Shown in pieces: positions 14,330 through 27,135 of a stretch of 64,000 nt of DNA. A program made the position numbers and the translations under genes. How positions within the stretch are numbered: the first letter of the stretch is position 1; every line of letters begins with the position of its first letter. This DNA is from Eledone cirrhosa (taxonomy: Eukaryota): contig OZ024750.1 of assembly GCA_964016885.1 (NCBI GenBank), positions 25,730,001 through 25,794,000 on the forward strand, in the 5' to 3' direction. Below the pieces are notes generated by a model that was not told the DNA's origin, ran no database searches, and saw nothing but the letters and a program-made list of their open reading frames with translations.

Positions 14330-15465
14330 CCTATTTAGCTTCAATACGCCCCCCCCTGCCATTCTCCCTTTTTGCTCTTGAGTCAAATAAAGAAATATAC
14401 CTACCTACCTACCTACCTACCTACCTACCTACCTACCTATCAGTGGATTGGCAGTATCGGTAGAGGGTCGGACGACAAGCTTTGACGCATAGAGTTACGA
14501 CCCTTGCCATTCTGAGTTCAAATCCCGCCGAGGTTAACTTTGTCTTTCATCCTTACGGGGTCGATAAAATAAAGTACCAGTAATACACTGGGATAATTGC
14601 TGGCCTTGTACCAAAAGTAGAAACAATTATTATTATTAAAAAATTTATGTAGACTCCCCGCCGTCCCATTTTTGTACGCCCTTGTGGCAAATAAAGAAAT
14701 ATATCTATCTGTCTATCTATCTATCTAAAATTGTTTGCACCCCTTCTCTGTGCTCCTGAGGAGAAGGGTTGCACACTTTTTTCGGGGGTGTGTGCGACCC
14801 CCCAAGGCGCCTCCTCTCTATTGAGGATTTTGTTAAAAATTTTATTTTTTGTTATATCTTATTTTATTTTTATATTTTGTTATTGCCTCCTCCTTATTGA
14901 GGACGCCTTTTTGTGTAAACTCCCCCCTTTGTACTTGTCCCACTTTTGATGCCCTAGTGGCAAATAAAAGAAACTTATCTATCTAAAATTGTTTGTTTTT
15001 ATATTTTTTACACGACTGTATGTAAAATCCCCGGCATGTCTTTGTATTGTCCCCTTTCTTGTTGCGCCCTTGTGGCTAATAAAGAAATCTATCTATCTAT
15101 CTAAAAATTGGGTGAATGTGGCGAAAATGGCCCGAGTATATGGGCCTTCTCTGTATATAAACCTGTAGGTTGGGGAAGACAAAAAGAAGGATGACGGGAA
15201 CACCTACAAAACGTGCTCCTGGTGTTGGAGGTTGTTCTATCTACGGGGTGTAAAACAACCACGCAGTAACGTTCTCCCCTATTGGGGATTTCGATTGTTA
15301 TTTTATTTTATATATAGTTTATTGTTATTTATTAATGTTAAAGTTATATGATTTTTATGTAAAAGCCCCGCCGTCAGATCTTATAATGTCCCATTTTTGC
15401 ACGCCTTTGTGGCAAATAAAGAAAATACTTACCTACCTACCTACCTACCTACCTACCTATCTATC
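14330..15465 (+). mobile_element. Stack of five 3'-terminal fragments of an L1/Tx1-like LINE separated by (CTAC)n/(CTAT)n
   Basis: Recurrent ...CCC(T/C)TGTGGC(A/T)AATAAAGAAA-like terminus near 14395, 14699, 14972, 15087 and 15425, each followed by tetranucleotide repeat. 15108-15175 matches the ORF2 end at 20037-20105. Confidence 0.7.
14442..14636 (+). mobile_element. tRNA-derived SINE family A
   Basis: A-box-like TGGCAGTATCGG, B-box GAGTTCAAATC, central CTTTCATCCTTACGGGGTCGATAAAATAAAGTACCAG, tail AAGTAGAAACA(ATT)n. Confidence 0.9.
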
Positions 15466-15599
15466 TATTTATCCATATATTTCTCGAAACGGGTCCCTGC
15501 AAGTATCAACGATGAGTTTTCTAGTAGTTCGATCAACGGAACAGGCTAAAATTAAAGTAAGTGGCCGAGCATTCCACAGTCATGCGTAGCCTTAACGTA

Positions 15600-15812
15600 A
15601 TTCTCAGATTCCATACTGGACAGGACGTCAGTCCATTGCAGGTTTAAAACTCCAGCTATTGCTGATGCTCATTTTCAGTTAAGTATACTGGAGCAACATG
15701 AAATGAAGTGTTTTACTCAAGAACACAACACACAGCCCAATCCAGGAATCGAACCCACGACGTTATGATCCCAAGTCCAACACACTTACCACTAGGTTAA
15801 ACGCCTCCACTC
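15600..15812 (-). mobile_element. tRNA-derived CORE-like SINE (family B), diverged
   Basis: Minus strand has TAGTGGTAAG...GGTTCGATTCC followed by a TCTTGAGTAAAACACTT motif; homologous to 22757-22968 and 36595-36802. Confidence 0.7.
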
Positions 15813-16249
15813 TATAAGAAGCAACCGTCCTCAGAATGATCTTGCTGGATCCCCAAGCGAGACTAACCGAGCTGTTAATTAAACATTAATATTTTCACAA
15901 CGAGCATTATTCATTTAATAAGGAGAATCATTTTCTAAATGAATACTTCTGGTCAAAGTATGCAAGACAGACAACTATAAATATTTAATGATTAACATTA
16001 ATTATATAGAGAAATGGCGGTGGATTGGCAGTATCGGTAGAGGGTCGGACGCCATGCTTTCCAGCATGTCCGACCTTCTACTGATACTGCCAATCCCCCG
16101 TGGGTATTACACACACACATACACACACACACATATATATATATTGTTATATTTGGGGACGGTCATATTGTTATAATATTGCCATAAATAATAATAAAAC
16201 ACACTCAATATTTGTTTCAACACACGATTTCATATAAAAAATCTTGCAA

Positions 16250-16282
<33 letters not shown>

Positions 16283-16287
<5 letters not shown>

Positions 16288-16400
16288 AAAATGTATGACC
16301 CCGACGGCAGAGCTCAAACCGTTTCGACGGTTATTTCTGGACCCAAAATAGCTGTCGAAACGGCTTGAGCTCTGCCGTCGGGGTCATACATTTTCCTATT
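16283..16400. mobile_element. Fold-back palindrome of HHR family 'CGGC/GCCG' (3' half of hammerhead on both strands)
   Basis: ATAGGAAAATGTATGACCCCGACGGCAGAGCTC...GAGCTCTGCCGTCGGGGTCATACATTTTCCTAT; contains GAAA-CGGC TTGAGCTCT GCCG-TC-GGGG. Confidence 0.75.
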
Positions 16401-16586
16401 ACCCACTCTACTACCCTAAGTATTGAGTACTCTGGTGCGTTATGGTCCATATGGTTCCTTACCACAACTATATATATATATATATGAATATATATATGTA
16501 TGTAAAAGGTAAACAGAAATAACAACACAATCGGTACAGTATATGCAAGGGATATTAGGTTAACGCTTGATATAGCAGGAAGAGGG

Positions 16587-16622
16587 TCTTAACATTTCGG
16601 ATGCTAGTCCTTCATCAGAAGA
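16587..16622 (-). ncRNA. Minimal hammerhead, probably CpG-decayed
   Basis: Minus strand: TCTT-CTGATGA-A GGA CTAGCA TCC-GAAA-TG-TT-AAGA; TG is plausibly from CG, giving palindrome AACGTT. Confidence 0.65.
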
Positions 16623-16998
16623 AAGAACGAGAAATAAGATAGATTGAGGGGACGGGCGGGTTGGAATTGGAAAAAAATGTCTTTAGATAAAAATAACAGG
16701 TCCATTCATGTTGACATCTCTTGCAAAACTGTTGGTGCTGGCGTTTTGTGTATGATTTATCTTTTTAGAAAAGTGGAGCATGAACCTAATACCATTTGTA
16801 ACTTGTACTCCTGCGTTGTTGTTATTTTTTACTTTCCTATATATATATATATATATTAATAAGGTAATGAATTCTTTTACAATGGAATTAGCTCGAAGGA
16901 GGAAAATACCCCTGAGCCGTGTATAAACTAATATATATGATGAAACACATTGCAATATATATACAGATGTGTTGGTATCTGTGTTTCATCATATATAT

Positions 16999-17031
<33 letters not shown>

Positions 17032-17067
17032 GGAAAGTAAAAAATAACACAATACATGTGTATGTAC

Positions 17068-17104
<37 letters not shown>

Positions 17105-17306
17105 ATACATGTGTATGTATGTATATATATCAGTGTGTGCGCATATGTATATATATATATATATATATACACACAATATATGTGTAGGTATTTGTGTATT
17201 TGTGTATGTGTGTATGTGTATGTATGTGTAAATATATACATGTATATATGTGTATGTATGTATGTGTGTGTATGAAGGTATGTATGTATCGATGTGTATG
17301 TATATT

Positions 17307-17337
<31 letters not shown>

Positions 17338-17689
17338 ATGTGTATGTATGTGTAAATATATACATGTATATATGTGTATGTATGTGTATGTATGTGTGTG
17401 TATGAAGGTATGTATGTATCTATGTGTATGTATGTATATTTATATATATATATATATATATGTGTATGTGTGTATGTGTATGTATGTGTAAATATATACA
17501 TGTATATATGTGTATGTATGTGTATGTATGTGTGTGTATGAAGGTATGTATGTATATTTATATATATATATATGTGTGTTTTCCCTAGGCTCCCTAAAAT
17601 TAAGTATTTCTAATGTTAAAACAAAGCTACATATTTGGGTCGAAGGGGTAATGGATACTTCCTTTCCAGTCCCCACTAATTGGTAAGGA

Positions 17690-18455
17690 TGGATTACTGT
17701 TAGTAACTTAGGGCGTTTCTTAGACATTTCAAATCTGGCGGAGCCAATCCCCTCTCCTGATCGGAAGGCAGCCAATTTCTTCGAGAGAAGGAGAGAGAGA
17801 GAGAGAGAGAGAGAAGAAGAAGAAGTAAGAAAGAGATATAGAGAGGAAGAATCACCCCCAGTACTTAACTGGTACTCTATCGACCACAAAAGAATGACCC
17901 CCCACCCACCTACAGGTATGAAACGCACCCAATTTCTTTCAGAGCAGGCAAAAGAAAGTAGGAGAGAAGAAGTAAGAAAGAGATATTGAGTAGAAGAATC
18001 AACCCCAGTACTTAACTGGTACTCTATCGACCACAACAGAATGACCCCCCCCACCCATCTACAGGTATGAAACGCAGCCAATTTCTTTCAGAGCAGAAAG
18101 TGAGAAAGAAGAAGTAAGAAAGAGATATTGAGTAGAAGAATCAACCCCAGTACTTAACTGGTACTCTATTGACCACCACAGAATGACCCCCCACCCATCT
18201 ACAGGTATGAAACGTAGCCAATTTCTTTCAGATCAGGCAAAAGAAAGTGAGAGAGAAGAAGTAAGAAAGAGATATTGAGTAGAAGAATCAACCCCAGTAC
18301 TTAACTGGTACTCTATTTGTCGACCACGAAAGAATGAAAGGCAAAGTTGACCTTAGCGGCCTTTGAACTCACAAAACACAGAGATTCGTCGGAAGGAATG
18401 CCACTAAGCTAAGCATTCTATCCAATATTCTAATGACTGCCAATTCACCGCCAAT
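17690..18455 (-). mobile_element. Older SINE (family A2) with an internal about 120-bp segment amplified 4 times
   Basis: AGAAGAATCAACCCCAGTACTTAACTGGTACTCTAT near 17845, 17992, 18134 and 18280. SINE body at 18325-18455. Relatives with the same 3' extension at 18780-19000 (-), 49910-50165 (+), 51045-51145 (+) and 54318-54752 (+). Confidence 0.7.
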
Positions 18456-19568
18456 TACTCTCAATAATAGGATAAAAGAGAAAGATCCCATAACTCCTTG
18501 TGGAGTCGTAAATGCACCGTTATACGGCGTTCCTGCTGTTTACATCCTGACAAGGTAAATACATAACTCTCTCTCTCTCTCACCCTCTCTCTCTCTCTCA
18601 CCCTCTCTCTCACCACCTCTTTCATACCCACTCCTCTCTCTCCTCCTCCCCCTCTCTCTCTCTCTCTCTCTCTCTCAGCCCCCCCACCCCCTTCTCTCCC
18701 TCTCTGAAATATTCTCACTATTACATGCACTGTCTTTTTAACACTCACATTGTCATTCTTAGACACTCACACATACACCACATAATGTGGAGCTCAACCC
18801 TCTCGAGGTCTGAACACAGCCAATTTTTTTTTTCTATAGAGCAAGAATCGACGCCAGTACTAGACTGGTATCTTTTTTTTTTATCGATCTCGAAAGGATG
18901 AAAGGCAAAGTTGACCACGGCGGGATTTGAACTGAGAGTGCGCAATGGGGTTTGCTACGAATACCGTAAAGCATTCTATCCGACGGTTTAGCGCAGCCTT
19001 CGCACTCGATAATACTAACTTAAATATTATTAAATCTGCAGTGAAGCTACTTTAATATAACATAAGTACGTGAGTCTAAAATTAGCAGTCAACTCTGACA
19101 AACGAAACAATTTATTCAGCAGAAGAGACGTCGTAAGAACAACTACCTTACAAAGAACAGCTAATAACAGCTATTATCTAAGTAAATATATATATATAAA
19201 TGTTTGCTATTCACTGGACTTAAAATGAATTAAGTGCATACAAGAATAACAGAACAAATAAGCACATCAAAGGCTTAAACATTACTTTATAATATTTTTC
19301 TATACAAAGCCCTCTTTCTGAGCGGAAATCAATTGGGAGTACTAGGTCCAACGTTTTGGAAACCAGCTTTGTGCGTGTGCTTGCTTGCGCACACGCATTT
19401 GTTCATGGATGAGTGTATATATGTGTGTGTATATATGAATGTATATATACGAGTGTGTATATTTGTGAGTGTTTATACTCTCACTACGTTTATATATACA
19501 CACACCTATTCTATACTTGCAGAAATACCACCGCCGATCGATCTATCTATCTATCTATCTATATCTAC

Positions 19569-19617
<49 letters not shown>

Positions 19618-19694
19618 CACGTTTTTATTGTATGTAAACTTCCCCCTTTCTATCTGTCCCCTTCTTTTGTGCCCCTGTGGCTAATAAAGAAACA

Positions 19695-19745
<51 letters not shown>

Positions 19746-19794
19746 ATCTAGCTATTTATCTGACCATCTTCCTATCTATCTATCATTCCAATCC

Positions 19795-20340
19795 AGTTGA
19801 CCACCGAGTCCATTGTGATAATCAAACCGCCACCCTCCTTCAAAAACGAAGGAGAGGCGGTTTTCCTTTGTGTGATAGCTATGGCGAAAGAGGTTGTATG
19901 GTGGACGAAGTTAAAAGGGCTGAGGTCAGACACCTTTCTCTCCGGCCAACAACTGATTCTTTTTTTCAAATACCACTTTGGAAGAAGAATCAGGATGGAG
20001 ACAGAGGTGCTGTACCCCAGCAAGTTTTATGAAAGGTGGGTGAATGTGGCAAAGATGGCCCGAGTGGTTGGGCCATCTCTCTATATCAGTGTGTAGGTTG
20101 AGGAAAAAGAAGAAGAGAGGAAAGGGTTACAAACTCTTCGTACTCCTGGAAATGAGGGTTGCACATTTTTTCGGGGGTATGTGTTACCCATATGTAATGT
20201 CTCCCCCTATTGGGGAAAATCGATTAATTTTTAAATTGCATTTGTGATAATATTTTACACGTTTTTATTGTACGTAAACTTCCCCCTTTGTATTTGTCCC
20301 CTTCTTTTGTGCCCCTGTGGCTAATAAAGAAACATATCTA
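19795..20340 (+). mobile_element. 5'-truncated L1/Tx1-like LINE: ORF2 C-terminus plus 3' UTR
   Basis: ...AMAKEVVWWTKLK...FFKYHFGRRIRMETEVL..SKFYERW resembles the K..(I/V)W ... F...W C-terminus of Tx1-type ORF2. 3' UTR ends in AATAAAGAAA; extra 3' end at 19620-19700 and a diverged one near 30260-30545. Confidence 0.65.
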
Positions 20341-20388
20341 ACCTTCCATCCGTCCGCCCACCCATTTATCTGTTTGTCTGTCGGTCTC

Positions 20389-20444
<56 letters not shown>

Positions 20445-20868
20445 CTTCAGTGTGCGTGTGTGTGTTTGTGTGTGCTATATGCATTCTGTATAATTATTCT
20501 TATAAAATGTTTAAATCTGGTGCAGGTCTGAGCCTGATTGTTAACATATATTAGGTTTACAAAGAATACAGCCTGTAGGTCTAATACACACAATTGTCGT
20601 ATTTGAAGCTTGTTCAGCAAAAATTTACCTCCAGACGTGGTGTGTGAGCTCTGATGAGAAAGACGTCAGCTTCCGGCGTTTCTGAGACTACAATATGCTT
20701 CACACTTGCCACTGACGCCATTCCATTCCGCTTATATCACTAATTACTTTGAAAAGGGTATATAATATACTATATACACTACCTATATATATTTTACTTA
20801 AAAATAGAATTGTTGCGCCCAGTAAAATTTCTAAATTTATCTACTAATGATGCCTGTCGGTTCTCCCT

Positions 20869-20924
<56 letters not shown>

Positions 20925-20934
20925 GTACATATAT

Positions 20935-20971
<37 letters not shown>

Positions 20972-21290
20972 CATACATATGAATATATATATATATATAT
21001 ACACATGAATATCTATATACATATATATATAAACATATGAATATATATATATACATATGAATATCTATATACATATATATACATATATATATATACAGAT
21101 ATGAATATCTATATACATATATATACATATATATATATACAGATATGAATATCTATATACATATATATATATATACACACATATGAATATCTATATATAT
21201 ATATATACATATGAATATCTCTATATATATATATATATACATATGAATATCTATATACATATATATATATACATATGAATATCTATATAC

Positions 21291-21321
<31 letters not shown>

Positions 21322-21363
21322 TATATATACATATATATGTATTTATATAGATATACATATGTG

Positions 21364-21394
<31 letters not shown>

Positions 21395-21743
21395 GTATAT
21401 CTATATAAATACATATATTAACATATGCAGTAACACACACACGCACACACACACACACACACATATATATATACACACACTTACATCACACACATGTCTA
21501 CATATGTGTATGTCTGATGTATAGTGAAAGCAGGTTTACATACATGAAGGATATTTTCTTGAAAATCCAACTAACACCTTGTATTACCACATGTATTACC
21601 ACATGTATTACCACATGTATTACCACTTGTATTACCACATGTATATATAAATATGGATAGATATTAGAGGAACAGATGAATTAGCAGGGCGTAGGGGTGA
21701 GGTCACAAATGGAAATAATAGATATAGATGTCTGACTTACCAA

Positions 21744-21799
<56 letters not shown>

Positions 21800-21873
21800 A
21801 TGTTCTCTCTCTCTCTTTCACTCACTGCCTCCGACTCACTCGCTCTTCCCATCTCTTACTATTATATATAAAA

Positions 21874-22060
21874 GGGCGGTCTGTTGGCAGTATCGGTAGA
21901 GAGTCGGACGCCATGCTTTCCAGCATAGTTACGCCCCTTTACGATCTGAGTTCAAATCCCGCCGAGGTTGACTTTGCCTTTCATCCTTACGGGGTCGATC
22001 AAATAAAGTACCAGTAATGCACTGGGTAATTGCTGGCCTTGTGCCTAAAGTAGAAACAAT
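21874..22060 (+). mobile_element. SINE family A, full length
   Basis: Complete head, central domain and tail; TSD ATTATATATAAA at 21861-21872 and 22059-22070. Confidence 0.92.
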
Positions 22061-22099
22061 TATATATAAATGGGAGCCCATGCGCTGGCTGCTCCAGAT

Positions 22100-22589
22100 G
22101 ACACCAGAAGTCTCCACTGCTACAGGTGGCCAACTCTGTGCCGATGGTGGTGAGTAGGGAGGTAGTCGTAGGCCAAAGACACCAGAAGTCTCCACTGCTA
22201 CAGGTGGCCAACTCTGTGCCGATGGTGGTGAATAAGAAGGTGGTCGTAGGCCAAGGACACCAGAAGTCTCCACTGCTACAGGTAGCAAACTCTGTGCCGA
22301 TGGTGGTGAATAGGAAGGTGGTCGTAGGCCAAGGACACCAGAAGTCTCCACTGCTACAGGTAGCAAACTCTGTGCCGATGGTGGTGAGTAGGAAGGTGGT
22401 CGTAGGCCAAGGACACCAGAAGTCTCCACTGCTACAGGTGGCCAACTCTGTGCCGATGGTGGTGAGTAGGAAGGTGGTCGTAGGCCAAGGACACCAGAAG
22501 ACTCCACTGCTACAGGTAGCCAACTCTGTGCCGATGGTGGTGAGTAGGGAGGTGGTCGTAGGCCAACGACACCAGAAGTTTCCACTGGT
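22100..22589. repeat. GC-rich 78-bp minisatellite, about 6.3 units
   Basis: ACACCAGAAG at 22101, 22179, 22257, 22335, 22413, 22491 and about 22569. Confidence 0.95.
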
Positions 22590-22756
22590 AGATTATGTTT
22601 CAAATCTATCGCAAGTCAAATCATTCAATTAGAAATAATTAGTCAAGGATGAGAAAAAATTAATGGGATGTATCTAGAGTTCAGCTATCAAATTTCAATC
22701 GTCCAGTATCTTAGCCAGATCTGTCAACATTTAAAATGTATCACACACTAAGATTT

Positions 22757-22968
22757 GTCGATCGACTTTCGTCAAATCGAACCGAGGAAACAATGTTTCT
22801 GTTAGTCTTTTCAATTGCTAATACTATCGGTCGTAACTCCAAGTAGAAGGAGCAACGCAAAATAAAGTGTCTTGCTCAAGGACATATCGCATCGCCCAGT
22901 CCATGCATCGAACTGACAACCTCACGATTGCGAATCCAGTTCTCTAACCAATCAGCCACACGCCTCAC
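22757..22968 (-). mobile_element. SINE family B (tRNA head + CORE-like)
   Basis: Minus strand: GGCGTGTGGCTGATTGGTTAG...GTTCGATGC...GTCCTTGAGCAAGACACTTT. Confidence 0.8.
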
Positions 22969-23140
22969 TTAAATACACTAAATAAGGTTAATAAAAAAAG
23001 ACTATCCTGACCTCAAACTGGACATATACCCTTAAACTACATTTTATGGAGAACAGGTTATATAGAATTATATCTATATTCTTGTGGAGACTATCCAGAA
23101 ACTCTATGGCACTATTTGTACCAATATATAATCTACTCGT

Positions 23141-23226
<86 letters not shown>

Positions 23227-23754
23227 ATCTTGAAGAAGGTCTTTTAAAAACTTACAAGATTGGAGGTGCAATGTGTAATTAAAGATCGAATAGGCTATGT
23301 AGCCGGTAAACCCTAAAAGGGTTGCAACGCACATCGCTATAGCGTTTCACCAGCCCTTTCCTTCTGTTGTCTGCATCTATTTATGTATTTACGTGTGGAT
23401 GTGTGTGTATGTAACTAAAGCGTAACGTACGTTACTAATGGTCGACTAAACGATTTTATCTTGGTTTTTAACAATTGATGGTGGAAAAGATTTCAAATTG
23501 TGTTAATTGTTTTAACTCGGGCTGAAACTCATAGTGTCTGACACTCTTACCGGCTACATAGCCTGGGAGTCTATATTACCAGGACTGGCTACATAGCCTC
23601 TGCCATTAAAGATCTTCCAGCTATAAACACGATTTTCAGAAATATGAAGATCATTAAAAGATTCAACAATAGAAACAACTGCTATATAACTTTTCTTATT
23701 TTTCACTTCTTTAATCTTATTCTCCTTTTGCCTCCCGTTGTCCTTTTTTTCTCT

Positions 23755-24050
23755 CAGTCTATTCTCCTATTGTTGTTCCTTTTTCTCTGTCTTATTCTCC
23801 TATTGTCGTTCCCTTTTCTCTGCCTTATTTTCCTATTGTCGTTCCATTTTCTCTGCCTTATTTTCCTATTGTCGTTCCCTTTTCTCTGTCTTATTTCCTA
23901 TTGTCCTTCATTTTTTCTGTCTTATTTTCCTATTGTCGTTCCTTTTTCTCTGTCTTATTCTCCCGCTGTCGTTCCTTTTTCTCTGTCTTATTCTCCTATT
24001 GTCGCTCCTTTCTCTCTGTCTTATTCTCCTATTGCTGTTCCGTTGTCTCT
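23755..24050. repeat. Pyrimidine-rich 33-bp minisatellite, about 9 units
   Basis: TTATT(C/T)TCCTATTGTCGTTCCCTTTTCTCTGTC repeated. Confidence 0.9.
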
Positions 24051-24287
24051 ATCTGCCTCTCTCATGTTTTGTTTCTCAATTACAAGGTGTAATAGAAATA
24101 TCTAGTCTGTCACGGCTTACTAACTCTATACGGATTAAATAAATAAACTCTGGGGTCCTAAATAACAAGGATGGGGGATGAACATTTGCTTAAATTCTTA
24201 TAAGCAGTGGTGTAGTATTCGTTCGTAAATATGGGATTTCTTGTAAATATGGGATTTCTTGTAATGTTCTTTTTTGTCATATATAAG

Positions 24288-24497
24288 GATTTCTACTATA
24301 GGCACAAAGCCAGCAAATATAGGGGAGGGGAAAGTCGATCAACTCGACTCCAGTGCGTGACTGGTACTTTATTTTATCGACCCTGTAAGGATGAAAGGCA
24401 AAGTCAACCTCGGCGGGATTTGAACTAAAGGAACGTAACTCTGTGCCACAAAGCATATTGCCCGACGCTCTACCGATACTGCCAATACACTGCCCCT
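24288..24497 (-). mobile_element. SINE family A variant
   Basis: Reverse complement of the family A head, central domain and tail. Partial copies also at 30550-30685, 33497-33550, 37520-37622 and 47505-47600. Confidence 0.85.
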
Positions 24498-24815
24498 TTT
24501 TTATGTAAAATAAAATTATTATTAGATTCTCCAGCTGCTGTATCAATATGAATCACCGGGGATAGATTAGCAAAATTTAATAAGAAGGGCTGGGTGGATG
24601 GATGGGGGAAGGGTGGGGTGGAATAAAAGCGGTGGGGGGTCGGAAAAATGAATAAGTGCCAGTGAGGTGTGGGTGGGTCGGTTATTCAAGACCTGAGAGT
24701 ACACTTTTTCAACGGTTGAAGTATGGAGGATTTTTTTAAATTGGTTTCACGTATTCTGTAACTAAGTTAATTTGAAGTAGGAAAGTAGAGGGATATATGC
24801 ATTGATATTCGAGAC

Positions 24816-24846
<31 letters not shown>

Positions 24847-24882
24847 TGTATGTATGTATGTATGTATGTATGTATGTATGTA

Positions 24883-24925
<43 letters not shown>

Positions 24926-24947
24926 GTGTGTGTGAGTGAGTGTGTGT

Positions 24948-25472
24948 GTCAGGTCGCTCTCGAGTGCTACTGGTAACATGTAACCCAGTACAACCTCTAT
25001 CATGGTCGGGTCGTCGGCGACTAAACCGGCAACCCCACTAAGCTTTCTTGGTGAGGAGGGTGATATTTAGACACCCTGTGAGATGAAATACAAGACCCGG
25101 CAAGGGGCGGAGGAACTTAGCAGAGTCAACGGCCATCCAAATAGTACTTCTTTTTTTTTTTTTACCTAGGAGTGAAAGGCCCCCGGTTGTCACAACACCT
25201 TTCTGGGAGAGGGGAACTCTGAAAAAAAAACCTGCGGCTTCGGAAGCATCCGATGATGTTGACCAGTTCTCCTTTTCGGGTAGTGTTTTCGATGCTCAGA
25301 GAATGGGATTGGTCGGTTGCAAGGCCTCTCCCCACTTAAAAAACCTTCAAAGCACAGGCATTGCTTGTTCAGGATATATTACAGGTTCGTGTGGCTGGCT
25401 GTAGACTAAAAGTGCACCAAACTCTATAATCTGACAAGCGATTGCAGTACTCTTAGCTGAATTTGCAGCCAT
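24948..25472 (+). mobile_element. Diverged relative of the bipartite RTE-derived element
   Basis: Shares the 5' GTCAGGTC...GTGCTACTGGTAACATGT..CCCAGTACAACC...GGCGACTAAAC and GCACAGGCATTGCTT with 25546-26153 but has a different 3' end. Confidence 0.7.
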
Positions 25473-25545
25473 CATGTATGTATGTTACTATGCGTGTGTG
25501 TGTATGTATGTATGTATGTATGTATGTATGTATGTATGTATGTAT

Positions 25546-26153
25546 GTCAGGTCACCAGTTGGTGCTACTGGTAACATGTATCCCAGTACAACCTGTCTCA
25601 TGGTCGGGTCGTTGGCGACTAAACTGGCAACCCCACCAAGGTTTCTTGGTGAGGAGGGTGACTTTGGACATCCTGCAGGACTAAAAACAAAACCTGTCAA
25701 AGGGCAAGGGAGCTCTTAAGAGTCAATAGCCATCCAAAATCACCGGGAGAGATGACCCCTTAGCCTTTGTCAAGGCAGAATTCTAGGAGAAGGAAAACTC
25801 TGATATAACACCTGCAATCCTGATGGTATCCAATGATGTTGACCTGTTCTTCTTTTTGGTAAATATCATCTTGGTTAAGAGAGTGGGACTGGCTTTGTGC
25901 AGTGCCTTTGCTCACTATAAAAGCTTCACAGCACAGGCATTGCTTTATATCTGGAGATCTCTCTGCACTTGTCATCACATGGTACCATGGGCCCTGCACT
26001 ATGTGTCAATAATGGTCACAAGTGTAGTCTTTGTACCAGAGTTTTCAAGTCGCTGGCTGGACTAAAGTCACATTCGTTCAGCGCATCGGTAGGGGTTCTC
26101 CTACATGGATATAAAGTAGTGGCCGTACTCGAAAACGAGTTGGCAGCCACCAT
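25546..26153 (+). mobile_element. About 605-bp non-autonomous RTE-derived element (putative 5' UTR + ORF 3' end), tail (ATGT)n
   Basis: 3' part translates HKCSLCTRVFKSLAGLKSH, resembling the C-terminal C2H2 finger of RTE-type ORFs. Near-identical copies at 34891-35497, 59955-60566 and 59499-59903. Confidence 0.75.
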
Positions 26154-26772
26154 GTATGTATGTATGTATGTATGTATGTTACTGAATGTGTGTGTGTATG
26201 TATGTATGTCACAGCGTGTGTGTGTGTATATATGCATATATGTCACTGTATGTATAGATCTAGTTATGTATACATGGTCGGGAACGTATGTGTGTCCCTC
26301 TATGTATATGTGTGTGTATGCATGTATGTACGTATGTCACTGTGTGTAGATCTAATTTTGATTGAGTATCGATACATAGATCTTTTATAAAATTCAAACT
26401 TCTGCAATGTTTTACATCGTTCTACAATTTCATTAACGATTTGTGATTATAATGTCTTAATTAGTTGTATCTTTTCTAATATTGTAGAGTATAGCTTTTC
26501 AAAACTGTTTCTGAGCCAATTATTTACATAACCCCGTCCCTCAATAATTACAGGTATAAATCTAAAGTTATAGTTCAGATGTTCTATCTATTTTTAATAA
26601 ATGTCCATGTCTAATGGACAAATGATTTAGACAAGTGTGTCCACTGCCTTTTCCTGGTCCCAGTTATTTCTGTCTGGACTTCCATGGTGTATGTCAAGAT
26701 AGCGACTCTACCATTTCAACAAGTGTTAACGGATCTTCACTATGTGCATATGCATGCATGTATGTATGTATG

Positions 26773-27135
26773 CATGTGGAGAAAGCGCATAAAAGGCTGC
26801 TGCAAAACGTTTGAGAAATGTCGTTTAGAATATAAACAACTGAAGCGTCAGCTCCGGAACGGATGTGCTCACAGTCTCGATGAAGTCATCAGTAGTTGGA
26901 CATGCAAGTTCTGTCAGCGTGTACTCCTCTCAAAGGCTGGTTATGTTAATCACCTGAAGTCACTTGAAAGGATAACCACCTGTAACACCACTCAACAAAG
27001 ACCTCTCTTCTGTCACCTGTGTCGTAAACCATGCAGATCTAAAGTTAGCATACGAAGTCATGGACGCAGATGGAATGATAACGAAGAATCAATAAGAGAC
27101 GGCAATCGTCTGGGAAGACGCTGCAATCCTCATGT
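26773..27135 (+). mobile_element. RTE-type LINE 3' remnant with two zinc-finger motifs
   Basis: WRKRIKGCCKTFEKCRLE...WTCKFCQRVLLSKAGYVNHLKS...FCHLCRKPCRSKVSIRSH; flanked by (ATGT)n. Confidence 0.65.

Noticed and set aside
25546-25640. HDV-like ribozyme at the 5' end of the RTE-derived element
   Set aside because: CTAA followed by ACTGG could pair with CCAGT, but no P1 partner or proper L3 could be assigned by eye.
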